From the NCBI GenBank assembly GCA_025449635.1, contig JANWIZ010000006.1, positions 1 to 51,491 of the forward strand: 51,491 nucleotides of DNA, read 5' to 3'. Of this stretch, positions 1-8,106 are shown one piece after another; within the stretch, counting starts at the first letter, position 1; every line of letters starts with the position of its first letter. The notes beneath the pieces were generated by a model. It was not told where the DNA came from. It did no database searches and worked only from the letters and a program-made list of their open reading frames with translations. The DNA is from Patescibacteria group bacterium. Lineage in GTDB: Bacteria; Patescibacteriota; Microgenomatia; Woykebacterales; RBG-16-39-9b. The position numbers and the translations under genes are program-made.

Positions 1-890
1 AAATAACGAACTTCCTCAACCAAATCAATTGAGAATTTTTCTTTAACTGAAGATTTCATTAGATTGATAAGTTCTTTAACGTCTGCTGCTCGAGCGTTTC
101 CGGTGTTGATAATAAAATTCGCGTGTTGATCGGAAATTTTAGCTCCACCGATCACAGTTCCCTTTAGACCACATTGATCTATCAACGCTCCAGCCTTAGC
201 CCCGTCTGGATTTCGAAAAGTCGAACCAACCGACGGTCCTGCAGGATGATGAGCTTTTCTTACCAATATATCTTTAACTTTTTCATCAATCTGCTCTTTT
301 GTCATTTTTTCTAGTTTCAGCTTTGCCGAAAGAATAACTTCTCCTGAGGTTTGAAACCGACTCGTTCGATAAGAAAAGTCAGCATTTTCTGAAAATATTT
401 TTTTTACCTTACCGTCTTTATCAATTATTTTTATCGAAACCACCAAATCGCCAAAAAACTCACTTTTACCCGTATCTCCGGCGTTCATATAAATTGCGCC
501 ACCAACCGTACAGGGAACCTTAGTCAATCTCTCAAGACCACCCAAACCTCTATTGATTGCTTCTCTAGTAAGATTGATAATATTCACTCCTGAATCAACT
601 TCAACAAAATCGTGCGGTAAAAACTTAATAGACTTTGTTTTATTGACAATAGCCAAACCTCGTATCCCTTTATCCGAAACCAAAACATTGGCACCTAGTC
701 CAATAACTGTGTAAGCTACTCCTAACTCATTTGCGGTTTGAACAGATTCAATCAGCTCCTCTTCAGTTTCTGCTTCGAAATAAAGATCAGCCGGTCCCCC
801 AACTTTAATCCAAGTGTGAAGACTCATTGGTTCGTTTAGCTTGACTCTATTAAACCCTAATTTTCGAATTAACTCTTCAGATGAATCCAT
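1..890 (-). CDS. murB: UDP-N-acetylenolpyruvoylglucosamine reductase MurB, partial (C-terminal end runs off the window at position 1)
   Basis: Absent from the ORF track because there is no stop inside the window. My translation of the minus strand from ATG 890-888 reads MDSSEELIRKLGFNRVKLNEPMSLHTWIKVGGPADLYFEAETEEELIESVQTANELGVAYTVIGLGANVLVSD... and stays open to position 1. It has a MurB-like FAD-binding N-terminus. The start lies 3 nt after the murC stop (893). Confidence 0.85.
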   Translation of the reverse strand, partial: MDSSEELIRKLGFNRVKLNEPMSLHTWIKVGGPADLYFEAETEEELIESVQTANELGVAYTVIGLGANVLVSDKGIRGLAIVNKTKSIKFLPHDFVEVDSGVNIINLTREAINRGLGGLERLTKVPCTVGGAIYMNAGDTGKSEFFGDLVVSIKIIDKDGKVKKIFSENADFSYRTSRFQTSGEVILSAKLKLEKMTKEQIDEKVKDILVRKAHHPAGPSVGSTFRNPDGAKAGALIDQCGLKGTVIGGAKISDQHANFIINTGNARAADVKELINLMKSSVKEKFSIDLVEEVRY

Positions 891-892
891 CC

Positions 893-2179
893 TTAACCTC
901 GATTCTTTAGCTTTTCTAAGAAAATGCTCGAAAGTTTGTAAATATCCCCAGCTCCCATAACAATAACAATATCGTTTGCTTGGGTGCTTGTATTCAAATA
1001 TTCAGCTGATTCTTCAAACCTTGGGATATATTTAACACTTTCTCTTTTTACAGCATCAACAATATCTCTGCTTGAAATATTCTCCTTATTTTCTTGCCTT
1101 GCCGCAAAAATATCTACCAAAATTATTTCGTGAATATTGAGTGAGCTAAAAACTTTAACAAAATCATCAAACAAATACTTTGTGCGACTAAACATATGTG
1201 GTTGATAAACCAGCCAAATTCTCTTTCCCTGAAATTCTTTTTCAGCTGCTTCAATAGTGGCTTTAATTGCTGTTGGGTGGTGACCATAATCATCAAAAAC
1301 TTTGACACCTTTTTCTTCACCCTTTAACTCAAATCTTCTTGAAATCCCCCCAAACCTGGATAAAGATTCTTTAATTTTCGCATCTTCAACCCCTAATACA
1401 GATGCAACTGTTGCCGCAACAGAAGCATTGGTTTGATTTAGCTCTCCAATTAACTTTAGATTGATCTTCTGCTTTTCAACAGTTTTTTTTCTAATTTTAC
1501 CGACCTCAAGATCAACATTTTCCCCTAAAACTATCGTACCTTCTTCATCAGTCTGGGAAATAAATTTTTGAAAAGCAGACTTCACTGCCTCTTCATTAGA
1601 AAAATATTCTGGATGGTCCATCTCAATCGCAGTCACAACGGAAACAAAAGGGTGATAGAGCAGAAATTTCTCCTGGTATTCATCTGCTTCGAGAACAAAA
1701 TAATCTCCATGTCCAATGCGATAATTCTTCCTCCAATCAAGAACAACTGCTCCAACAAAAACACTGGGATCAAATCCACTATCTTCCAATATTTTTCCAA
1801 CCATCGCAGTTGTTGTGGATTTTCCATGTGTACCGGTTATCGCGATTATTTTTTTGTCTGCTATCATATACTGAGAAAGAAATTCTTCACCAAGCAGAAC
1901 TGGAAGATTCTTTTCTTTTGCTGCTAATAACTCTTTATTATTCGAATCCAAACTTTCAATAGCTGGGGATACTACCAAAATATCGGCGCTTTCTAAGTGC
2001 TTCTCGTCGTGATTTGAGAAAATTTCAACATTGTCATATGAAAGTTGTTTTAAAAATTGAGACTCGAGATCCAGATCACAACCAGAAATTTTGAAACCAG
2101 CTGCTTTTGCAAACGCAGCCACTGCAGAAACTCCTGCCCCACCAATACCCATGAAGTGAACTCGTTTACCCGTTTCCAT
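893..2179 (-). CDS. murC: UDP-N-acetylmuramate--L-alanine ligase
   Basis: 428-aa ORF. It has N-terminal GIGGAGVSAVA, the Mur-ligase P-loop GTHGKSTTT and DDYGHHP in the C-domain. It sits in dcw context between the glmU-like gene and murB. Confidence 0.95.
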   Translation of the reverse strand: METGKRVHFMGIGGAGVSAVAAFAKAAGFKISGCDLDLESQFLKQLSYDNVEIFSNHDEKHLESADILVVSPAIESLDSNNKELLAAKEKNLPVLLGEEFLSQYMIADKKIIAITGTHGKSTTTAMVGKILEDSGFDPSVFVGAVVLDWRKNYRIGHGDYFVLEADEYQEKFLLYHPFVSVVTAIEMDHPEYFSNEEAVKSAFQKFISQTDEEGTIVLGENVDLEVGKIRKKTVEKQKINLKLIGELNQTNASVAATVASVLGVEDAKIKESLSRFGGISRRFELKGEEKGVKVFDDYGHHPTAIKATIEAAEKEFQGKRIWLVYQPHMFSRTKYLFDDFVKVFSSLNIHEIILVDIFAARQENKENISSRDIVDAVKRESVKYIPRFEESAEYLNTSTQANDIVIVMGAGDIYKLSSIFLEKLKNRG

Positions 2180-2918
2180 TTAGCCTTTCTTTCATCAATT
2201 TGTTAGCCAATTCTAATTCCTCTGGTGTATTTACCCCAACCCATTCCTCTACCCCAACTTCAAAACCCAATACTTTTTCTCCACTATTAAATGCTACCGT
2301 TACCAAATCTGGCAAAATCAATTCCCCTTTACCCACCTTACTAGGTTTCAACTTAGCATAATTTTTGTTAAACCACTCTCTTTCGACAAAATAAGTTGCA
2401 GCGTTAACTTCGTTAATTTGCTTTTCTTCATCTGTTGCAGTTTCTTTCTCAACGATTGCAACCACATTTCCATCTTTATTTCTTATGACACGACCAAAAG
2501 CCCCAGGATTGTTCAGTTTTACAGTTGTAAAGCCAATTTTAAAATCGCTAGCTTTTCTAATAAAACTTTCGATTGTTTCTTTGCTGTAAAAAGCACTATC
2601 ATCCCCTTGAATTATCAATAAATGCGTAATGTCATTAACTATTTGTTCCTCACCAACTTTTGCAGCGTGTGCAGTTCCTTTTCTTTCCTCTTGAACTGCA
2701 AATTTCACTTGCCTGGAAAAAGCTTCTCTAACCAAATCAGCTTTATAGCCAATCACCATCACAATCTCATTAAAATCAAGCGCTTTCAACAAATCAAGGG
2801 TGTACGAAACCATAGGTCGATCACAAATTTCATACAAAACTTTAGGTTTTTCTGAAGGTTCTCCTAGATTTAACCGAGTGCCAGAGCCTGCTGCCAAAAT
2901 AATTGCTCCAACTTTCAT
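2166..2918 (-). CDS. glmU: Stand-alone GlmU-type uridyltransferase domain (UDP-GlcNAc pyrophosphorylase half, no acetyltransferase beta-helix)
   Basis: 250-aa ORF with the LAAGSGTRL nucleotidyltransferase loop. TVKLNNPGAFGRVIRNKDGNVVAIVEKETATDEEKQINEVN closely parallels the E. coli GlmU N-domain as I recall it. The ORF ends before any hexapeptide-repeat region and overlaps murC by 14 nt. Confidence 0.8.
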   Translation of the reverse strand: MKVGAIILAAGSGTRLNLGEPSEKPKVLYEICDRPMVSYTLDLLKALDFNEIVMVIGYKADLVREAFSRQVKFAVQEERKGTAHAAKVGEEQIVNDITHLLIIQGDDSAFYSKETIESFIRKASDFKIGFTTVKLNNPGAFGRVIRNKDGNVVAIVEKETATDEEKQINEVNAATYFVEREWFNKNYAKLKPSKVGKGELILPDLVTVAFNSGEKVLGFEVGVEEWVGVNTPEELELANKLMKERLNGNG

Positions 2919-2952
2919 AAGCTACCTCTATTTTTATATAAATAAAAACTGC

Positions 2953-3000
2953 TTGTGAATGCATGGTTCTTTGAGCGTAGTGAAAAGGTTCTTACTTTCA
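2953..3000 (-). promoter_or_regulatory. Conserved intergenic element, copy A (direct repeat AAGAACC x2), upstream of the glmU-like nucleotidyltransferase gene
   Basis: Minus strand reads TGAAAGTAAGAACCTTTTCACTACGCTCAAAGAACCATGCATTCACAA, starting at the murE TGA stop. It is near-identical to copy B at 18559-18607. The sequence duplication is certain; its function is unknown. Confidence 0.4.
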
Positions 3001-4272
3001 TAATTTAAGCCTTTTCCGTAAAGCCTTAGTCGCTGTTTCCTTATCGCTCCAAGGATACTCTACACCAGCTATATTCATACTTTTTTCATGCCCCTTACCC
3101 AAAATGACAACACAATCCCCCTTTTCAGCCAAATTCATGACAGCTTTCTCAATTGCTTCCGACCGATCAACAATTTTCCAATAATTTTGATTATTGACCC
3201 CACCTGCTTTAACGATTCCTTTCTCGATTTCTTCAATTATTTTCTCTGGTTTTTCACTTCTAGGATCCTCTGACGTGACTACAATTAAATCTGCTTTTTC
3301 TTGCGCGACATGGCCCATCAAAGCTCTCTTACTTCTATCTCGTTCTCCAGCCGCCCCAAAAACACAGATTAACCGCTTTGGAGTAATTTTTTTCAGCGTC
3401 TGTAAAGAAACCTCAATCGAACGTGGGGTATGGGCAAAGTCGATAAACACTTTAAAGTCTTGTCCTAAACTAATTCTATCCATCCTACCTTCCACCCCAG
3501 GAAAAGATTCGATTGCTTCAGTAATTTTTTTATCCTCTAAACCTAAAGTTTTACTAACCGCAAATGCAGCTAAAATATTTGATAAATTAAAATCCCCTAT
3601 CAAATTACTCTGAACCACCATAGTCTTTAACATTTTTTGTTTAGTTTTATAGTGAATACCATAATTTGTATACTCGTCAAAATAATTAACCACTTCACCC
3701 ATATAGTCAGCCCCATCTTTACCAAAAGAAATCAGTTGCCCCTTACCCATCATTTTTAATCTTTCAAAAGAAGGGTCTTCATTATTCAGTATTCGAAAAT
3801 TCACTTTGCTTAAAATTTTTGCTTTAGTTAATAAATAGGATTTAAAACTTCGGTGATAGTCTAAATGTTCTTGAGTTACGTTTGTAATCAAACCAATATG
3901 CAATGGAACAAAGGCAACTCTATTTTGATCAAGACCGTGAGATGTGATCTCTAAGACAACTATCTCAATACCAAAGTCAACCATCTTTCGCAGAAGCTTC
4001 TGTATTTGGAAAGCTCCTGGTGTCGTCACATGGAACCCAGTATCAATTCTTTCCCCAGAAATTTTCGCTTCAACAGTGGAGATCATACCAATTTTAGAGT
4101 CAGTTTTACTTAGAATATGATAAATGAGATTGACTGTAGTCGTTTTTCCGTCTGTTCCGGTAACACCAATAACTTTAAGTTTACGAGCCGGAAAACGGTA
4201 AAAAAGAGCTGCTAAAAAAGCTACGAGCAGATGATAGAAATTTTTTGCAGGTTGCGGAATCCTTTTTTTCAT
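2998..4272 (-). CDS. murE: MurE-type Mur ligase (UDP-MurNAc-L-Ala-D-Glu:diamino acid ligase) lacking the canonical N-terminal domain
   Basis: 424-aa ORF. Motifs: P-loop GVTGTDGKTTT beginning at about aa 36, DFAHTP, GAAGERDRSKRALMG and TSEDPRSEKPEKIIEEI at the position of the MurE DNPR motif. Located in the dcw operon directly after ftsI. Confidence 0.8.
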   Translation of the reverse strand: MKKRIPQPAKNFYHLLVAFLAALFYRFPARKLKVIGVTGTDGKTTTVNLIYHILSKTDSKIGMISTVEAKISGERIDTGFHVTTPGAFQIQKLLRKMVDFGIEIVVLEITSHGLDQNRVAFVPLHIGLITNVTQEHLDYHRSFKSYLLTKAKILSKVNFRILNNEDPSFERLKMMGKGQLISFGKDGADYMGEVVNYFDEYTNYGIHYKTKQKMLKTMVVQSNLIGDFNLSNILAAFAVSKTLGLEDKKITEAIESFPGVEGRMDRISLGQDFKVFIDFAHTPRSIEVSLQTLKKITPKRLICVFGAAGERDRSKRALMGHVAQEKADLIVVTSEDPRSEKPEKIIEEIEKGIVKAGGVNNQNYWKIVDRSEAIEKAVMNLAEKGDCVVILGKGHEKSMNIAGVEYPWSDKETATKALRKRLKL

Positions 4273-4335
4273 TAATAATTGTTCTTGGATGTTACCACAT
4301 AGCCTGCTTCAAGCTCAAACTAGTAGTGTAATAAT

Positions 4336-6111
4336 TTACTGCAGAGCAATGCCCCAATAAGTATAAAGTTCTTTGGCTATTTTGAAAAAAGTCGGTTCAG
4401 CTGTTTCTGCACCATAAATAGGAGTTGGTTCTACATATTTTACAATCATTACGAATTTGGGGTTTTCGATTGGTCCAAAGCCAACAAACGAGGCTATAGT
4501 TTTTCCTGGATCATATCTTCCATTAAGCGGGATTTGGGCAGTACCTGTTTTTCCGCCAACTCTCATGCCTTTTGGAACGATTCTCCTTGCCTCACCGTTT
4601 TCAACTGCTGAAAGTAACAATTCTTTCATCGTTGTAGCCACTTCAGATTTAATTACCCGCTTTACTTCTTTAGTCTCAGATTTTACCTCTTTATTACCAG
4701 TTTGTATTTTTTTCACTATGTGCGGTTTCATTAAGATACCATCGTTTGCAATTGCCCCAACAGAAACTGCCAGCTGCAATGCTGTGGTTGAAACTCCTTG
4801 ACCAAATGAAGCTGTAACTAAATCTATCTCTCCCCAGTCTTGAAGTTTCTTTATCAAACCTGTACCTTCTCCTTGAAGATCAATTCCTGTGGCTGTACCA
4901 ATACCGAAATTTTTAATATAGGAAATAAATTTTTTCTTACCTAATTGCTGTCCCCAAAAAGCAGCTCCAATATTATCTGAACGCTGCAGAATTTGTGCCA
5001 TTGTAGAATTTGGGTTATATTTGTTGTTCCAGGTCTGAACCTCATACCCAGCAATTTTAAGTGCGCTGCTACAAGGACAAATGCTATCTATTTTTACTGC
5101 TCCTGCATCCAGCGACGAAGCTGCAGTTAAAGCTTTAAACGTAGATCCTGGTTCATACGCATCACTAATTGCTCTATTTTTTAGAATACTAGCGTCAAAA
5201 CTACTCCATTTGCTTGGATCAAAGTTAGGATAGTTTGCAATAGCTAAGACTTCCCCACTGCTTGGATCTAATACTACTGCTGATGCTTCTTTGGCACCGT
5301 ATTTCTTCGCTCCATCAAATAAATACTTTTCAACAGTATATTGGACTGTACGATCAATCGTTAATTGAATATCAAATCCTTCTTTTGGCCGGGACTCTGC
5401 ATTATCAACAGCAATAATTGGCCGACCTTGAGCATCTACTTCTTGAGTAAGTTTACCTGTTCGTCCTTGCAGTTGATCTTGATAAAAACCCTCTACCCCA
5501 AGATAACCCTCATCATTTCCATCACTGTCTTTTCCGACAAACCCAAGTACAGATGAGGCTAGTTCTCCTTCAGGGTAGAATCTAGTACTTTGTTCCTCAA
5601 ATCCTAAACCATTTATCTTTAATTGTTCGATTTTTTCATACGCTTCCTGAGATATTTTTCTTGCTAAAGGAACCCAAATTAGGTTTGTGCTATGAAGTTG
5701 CTGTGAAATTCGATTCTTTAAATTAGCTTCAATTGTTTCCTTTTCTTTTCGTAATAGTTTATCTGGGTCCTTTTTTTGTGAAACTTCTTCCTGATATAAG
5801 ATAGGGGTCAGCTGTTCAATGATTTTTTCAACTGTGTCTTCATATTTTTGCCCGTTCTTTAGCGTTTTTTTAATATCCGGAATAAGTGCATAAAGCAAAT
5901 AGGCAGGTTCGTTAGACACCAACAAACTTCCATCTGAAGAATAAATACGGCCACGTGGAGATTCTATGTTTACAGTAGTTAAATGTTGTTCACTGGCAAC
6001 AACTGACAGATTAGTATAATTAACTATCTGCCAATAAAATAGTCTTCCAGAAATACTTAGGAATAAGATCAGGAAAAAGATTTTTATCAAGCCGAAACGC
6101 CAAGTTTTCAT
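4336..6111 (-). CDS. ftsI: Class B penicillin-binding protein / septal transpeptidase FtsI
   Basis: 591 aa with an N-terminal TM helix. Transpeptidase motifs are STFK (GSTFKALTAA), SxN (RSDNIG) and KTGTA. Its position after ftsL supports the call. Confidence 0.9.
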   Translation of the reverse strand: MKTWRFGLIKIFFLILFLSISGRLFYWQIVNYTNLSVVASEQHLTTVNIESPRGRIYSSDGSLLVSNEPAYLLYALIPDIKKTLKNGQKYEDTVEKIIEQLTPILYQEEVSQKKDPDKLLRKEKETIEANLKNRISQQLHSTNLIWVPLARKISQEAYEKIEQLKINGLGFEEQSTRFYPEGELASSVLGFVGKDSDGNDEGYLGVEGFYQDQLQGRTGKLTQEVDAQGRPIIAVDNAESRPKEGFDIQLTIDRTVQYTVEKYLFDGAKKYGAKEASAVVLDPSSGEVLAIANYPNFDPSKWSSFDASILKNRAISDAYEPGSTFKALTAASSLDAGAVKIDSICPCSSALKIAGYEVQTWNNKYNPNSTMAQILQRSDNIGAAFWGQQLGKKKFISYIKNFGIGTATGIDLQGEGTGLIKKLQDWGEIDLVTASFGQGVSTTALQLAVSVGAIANDGILMKPHIVKKIQTGNKEVKSETKEVKRVIKSEVATTMKELLLSAVENGEARRIVPKGMRVGGKTGTAQIPLNGRYDPGKTIASFVGFGPIENPKFVMIVKYVEPTPIYGAETAEPTFFKIAKELYTYWGIALQ

Positions 6112-6446
6112 TGCTTAAGAGCAACAGGTGAGATTGGCTTGAGAGTTTCAACTTTGGTTATCTTTACTAGACCCATTTCCTTGGCTTTACTTTCCAGATA
6201 ACCAAGCGTAGATCTCAAACTTATCTCATTTTCTAATTGGTAGTTTTCTTTTTCAAGTTCAATCGCCTTACGTTCAGAATAATTTACAGCAGCTCCCGAA
6301 ACAGCTAATTGATTGGAAAAATATATTTGTACAGTCAAGAGACCGAGAGTTAAAAGCCCCAAACTAAAAATTATTTTTTGATAGACAAAAAAATTCTTTG
6401 AGCGATTAGCAACATTTTTAATTGTTTGTTTTCTTACAAGTCTCAT
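6108..6446 (-). CDS. ftsL: FtsL-like small bitopic division protein
   Basis: 112 aa with a single TM helix (FSLGLLTLGLLTVQIYF) followed by a helical/coiled segment. It lies between rsmH and ftsI and overlaps ftsI by 4 nt. Assigned from position and architecture only. Confidence 0.6.
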   Translation of the reverse strand: MRLVRKQTIKNVANRSKNFFVYQKIIFSLGLLTLGLLTVQIYFSNQLAVSGAAVNYSERKAIELEKENYQLENEISLRSTLGYLESKAKEMGLVKITKVETLKPISPVALKQ

Positions 6447-6462
6447 GGGCAGGTACGACTTT

Positions 6463-7368
6463 CTAAATTTTTTCAGCTATACGCAATTTTGCACTCCGTG
6501 AACGAGGATTTAACTTCTGCTCCTCCAAAGCGGCGATAATTGGTTTTTCATTTATCAACTTCAGATGTTGTTCGTTTTTAAAAAAGTCTTTAACAATTTT
6601 ATCTTCTAGCGAGTGGAAGCTAATAACTACCAGTCTTCCTCCGATACTTAGGGCTCTGACAGCCTTTGGTAACGCTTGTTTTATATTATTTAGTTCATCA
6701 TTGACTGCAATTCTTAGTGACATAAAAACTTTTGTTGCTGGGTGTATCTTATCTAAACCAAGTTTCTTCTCACCGATAATTCTTACTAAATCCTTCGTCG
6801 TTTCAATACTCTGTGTTCTTCGGTATCTGACGATATCACGAGCAATAGATCGTGCATGATGTTCTCCACCCAGTTTAGTAAAAAGCTCATATAATTCTCC
6901 TTCATTTAAAACTTCTAATAATTCTTTGGCTGAAACAGTAAGTCTACTATCAAGTCTCATATCCAAAGGTCCTTCCTTCGAAAACGAAAATCCTCTTTCT
7001 GCGGTATCTAGCTGATAGCTCGAAACGCCTAGATCAAACAAAACTCCTGATATTTTTTCCACTTTACTTCTCTCAACTACCGTGTCTAGATCTTTAAAAT
7101 TTTCCCAATAAATTTTTAGCTTCTCCTCTGGTGTTACCCAAACCCCATCTTTTTCAACCAACCCAAACGATTGCTTTGCGTTTTCTATCGCCTCTAAATC
7201 AACTTCCAAACCAACTACCTTACCTCCTAAATTCAGAATCTCCTTGCTATGAGTACCTCCCCCAAACGTACAGTCCAAATAAACTTCTTCTGGGAAGATA
7301 CTGAGACCTTGGAGCACCTCTGTCATCAATACACCAGTGTGAAAGTTGTTTTCTTTTTTTATCATCAA
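6463..7368 (-). CDS. rsmH: 16S rRNA (cytosine1402-N4)-methyltransferase
   Basis: 301 aa with the motifs GGGTHS, DLGVSSYQLD and SFHSLEDKIVK, typical of RsmH/MraW. It directly follows mraZ. Confidence 0.95.
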   Translation of the reverse strand: MMIKKENNFHTGVLMTEVLQGLSIFPEEVYLDCTFGGGTHSKEILNLGGKVVGLEVDLEAIENAKQSFGLVEKDGVWVTPEEKLKIYWENFKDLDTVVERSKVEKISGVLFDLGVSSYQLDTAERGFSFSKEGPLDMRLDSRLTVSAKELLEVLNEGELYELFTKLGGEHHARSIARDIVRYRRTQSIETTKDLVRIIGEKKLGLDKIHPATKVFMSLRIAVNDELNNIKQALPKAVRALSIGGRLVVISFHSLEDKIVKDFFKNEQHLKLINEKPIIAALEEQKLNPRSRSAKLRIAEKI

Positions 7369-7800
7369 TTAGATCCCACTCTCAGACAATTTTTCGGCAA
7401 TTTCTTCACTCTTATTCTCGATTTTCTTGTTATAGACTTTCCAAATTCTTTTTGACCAAATTTCTACTCTTGACGCGACTCCGATTATCAAAACTTCCTT
7501 TTCGAGGTTAGCAAAACTAATCAAATGTTCTGGAATCATAATTCTCCCCAACTTATCAAAGCTAACCTCAACAGCGCTACTAAATAGATAGCGTGAGAAA
7601 GCTCTTGCATCAGATCCGGTAAGCGGTAATTGTTGTACCGAAGAGCTCAGGTTATTCCATTCTTGTTTAGGGTATAAAAAGAGGCATCCGTCTAAACCTT
7701 GTGTTAGAACGCATGCAAATTCCAACTTATCCCGAAATTTCTTTGGGATAGCTAATCTTCCTTTGTGATCAAGGTTATGTAGGTATCTGCCGAGTAACAA
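7369..7800 (-). CDS. mraZ: Transcriptional regulator MraZ
   Basis: 143 aa with a TTG start codon (7800-7798). It has two AbrB/SpoVT-like halves carrying DHKGRLAIP and DKLGRIMIP. The stop abuts the rsmH start. Confidence 0.95.
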   Translation of the reverse strand: MLLGRYLHNLDHKGRLAIPKKFRDKLEFACVLTQGLDGCLFLYPKQEWNNLSSSVQQLPLTGSDARAFSRYLFSSAVEVSFDKLGRIMIPEHLISFANLEKEVLIIGVASRVEIWSKRIWKVYNKKIENKSEEIAEKLSESGI

Positions 7801-7948
7801 TTTTTATACAGTTTGGGCAGATAACTGTCTCCAAAGGTACTCTCTTATGCTTTCAAAGTGCTAGAGGAGTACCAGCTGTCCAGAAGGGCAGGCAAACATG
7901 GTTCATATACGTTTAGACTCTAAGTATATGCAGGGTAAAAATATGTTT

Positions 7949-7972
7949 CCACAATTTACCACTTTTTACCAC
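7949..7972 (-). promoter_or_regulatory. Putative MraZ operator: three GTGG boxes with exact 10-bp phasing
   Basis: Minus strand reads GTGGtaaaaaGTGGtaaattGTGG (plus-strand ccac at 7949, 7959 and 7969). It begins 7 nt after the predicted -10. This matches the three 10-bp-spaced direct repeats described for the E. coli MraZ operator. Confidence 0.55.
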
Positions 7973-7979
7973 TGAATTT

Positions 7980-8008
7980 ATTCTATTACCCACACCACAC
8001 TCGGTCAA
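7980..8008 (-). promoter_or_regulatory. Sigma70-type promoter of the mraZ/dcw operon
   Basis: Minus strand: TTGACC (8008-8003), a 17-nt spacer, then TAGAAT (7985-7980). The implied 5-prime UTR is about 170 nt and contains a hairpin, GGTACTC/GAGTACC, at 7836-7873. Confidence 0.55.
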
Positions 8009-8106
8009 GCCACTACATATGCAATAGAAAATAGTTACAGGATACTAAATATAGTACTTCCTGCTCTATATCAGGTTGGAAATTATGATATGATTACTGA
8101 TAAACT

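Noticed and set aside
7898-7975. A 25-aa plus-strand ORF (MVHIRLDSKYMQGKNMFPQFTTFYH) lies in the mraZ upstream region.
   Set aside because: It has no Shine-Dalgarno sequence or promoter and overlaps the predicted MraZ boxes on the opposite strand. At this length and composition it is consistent with chance.
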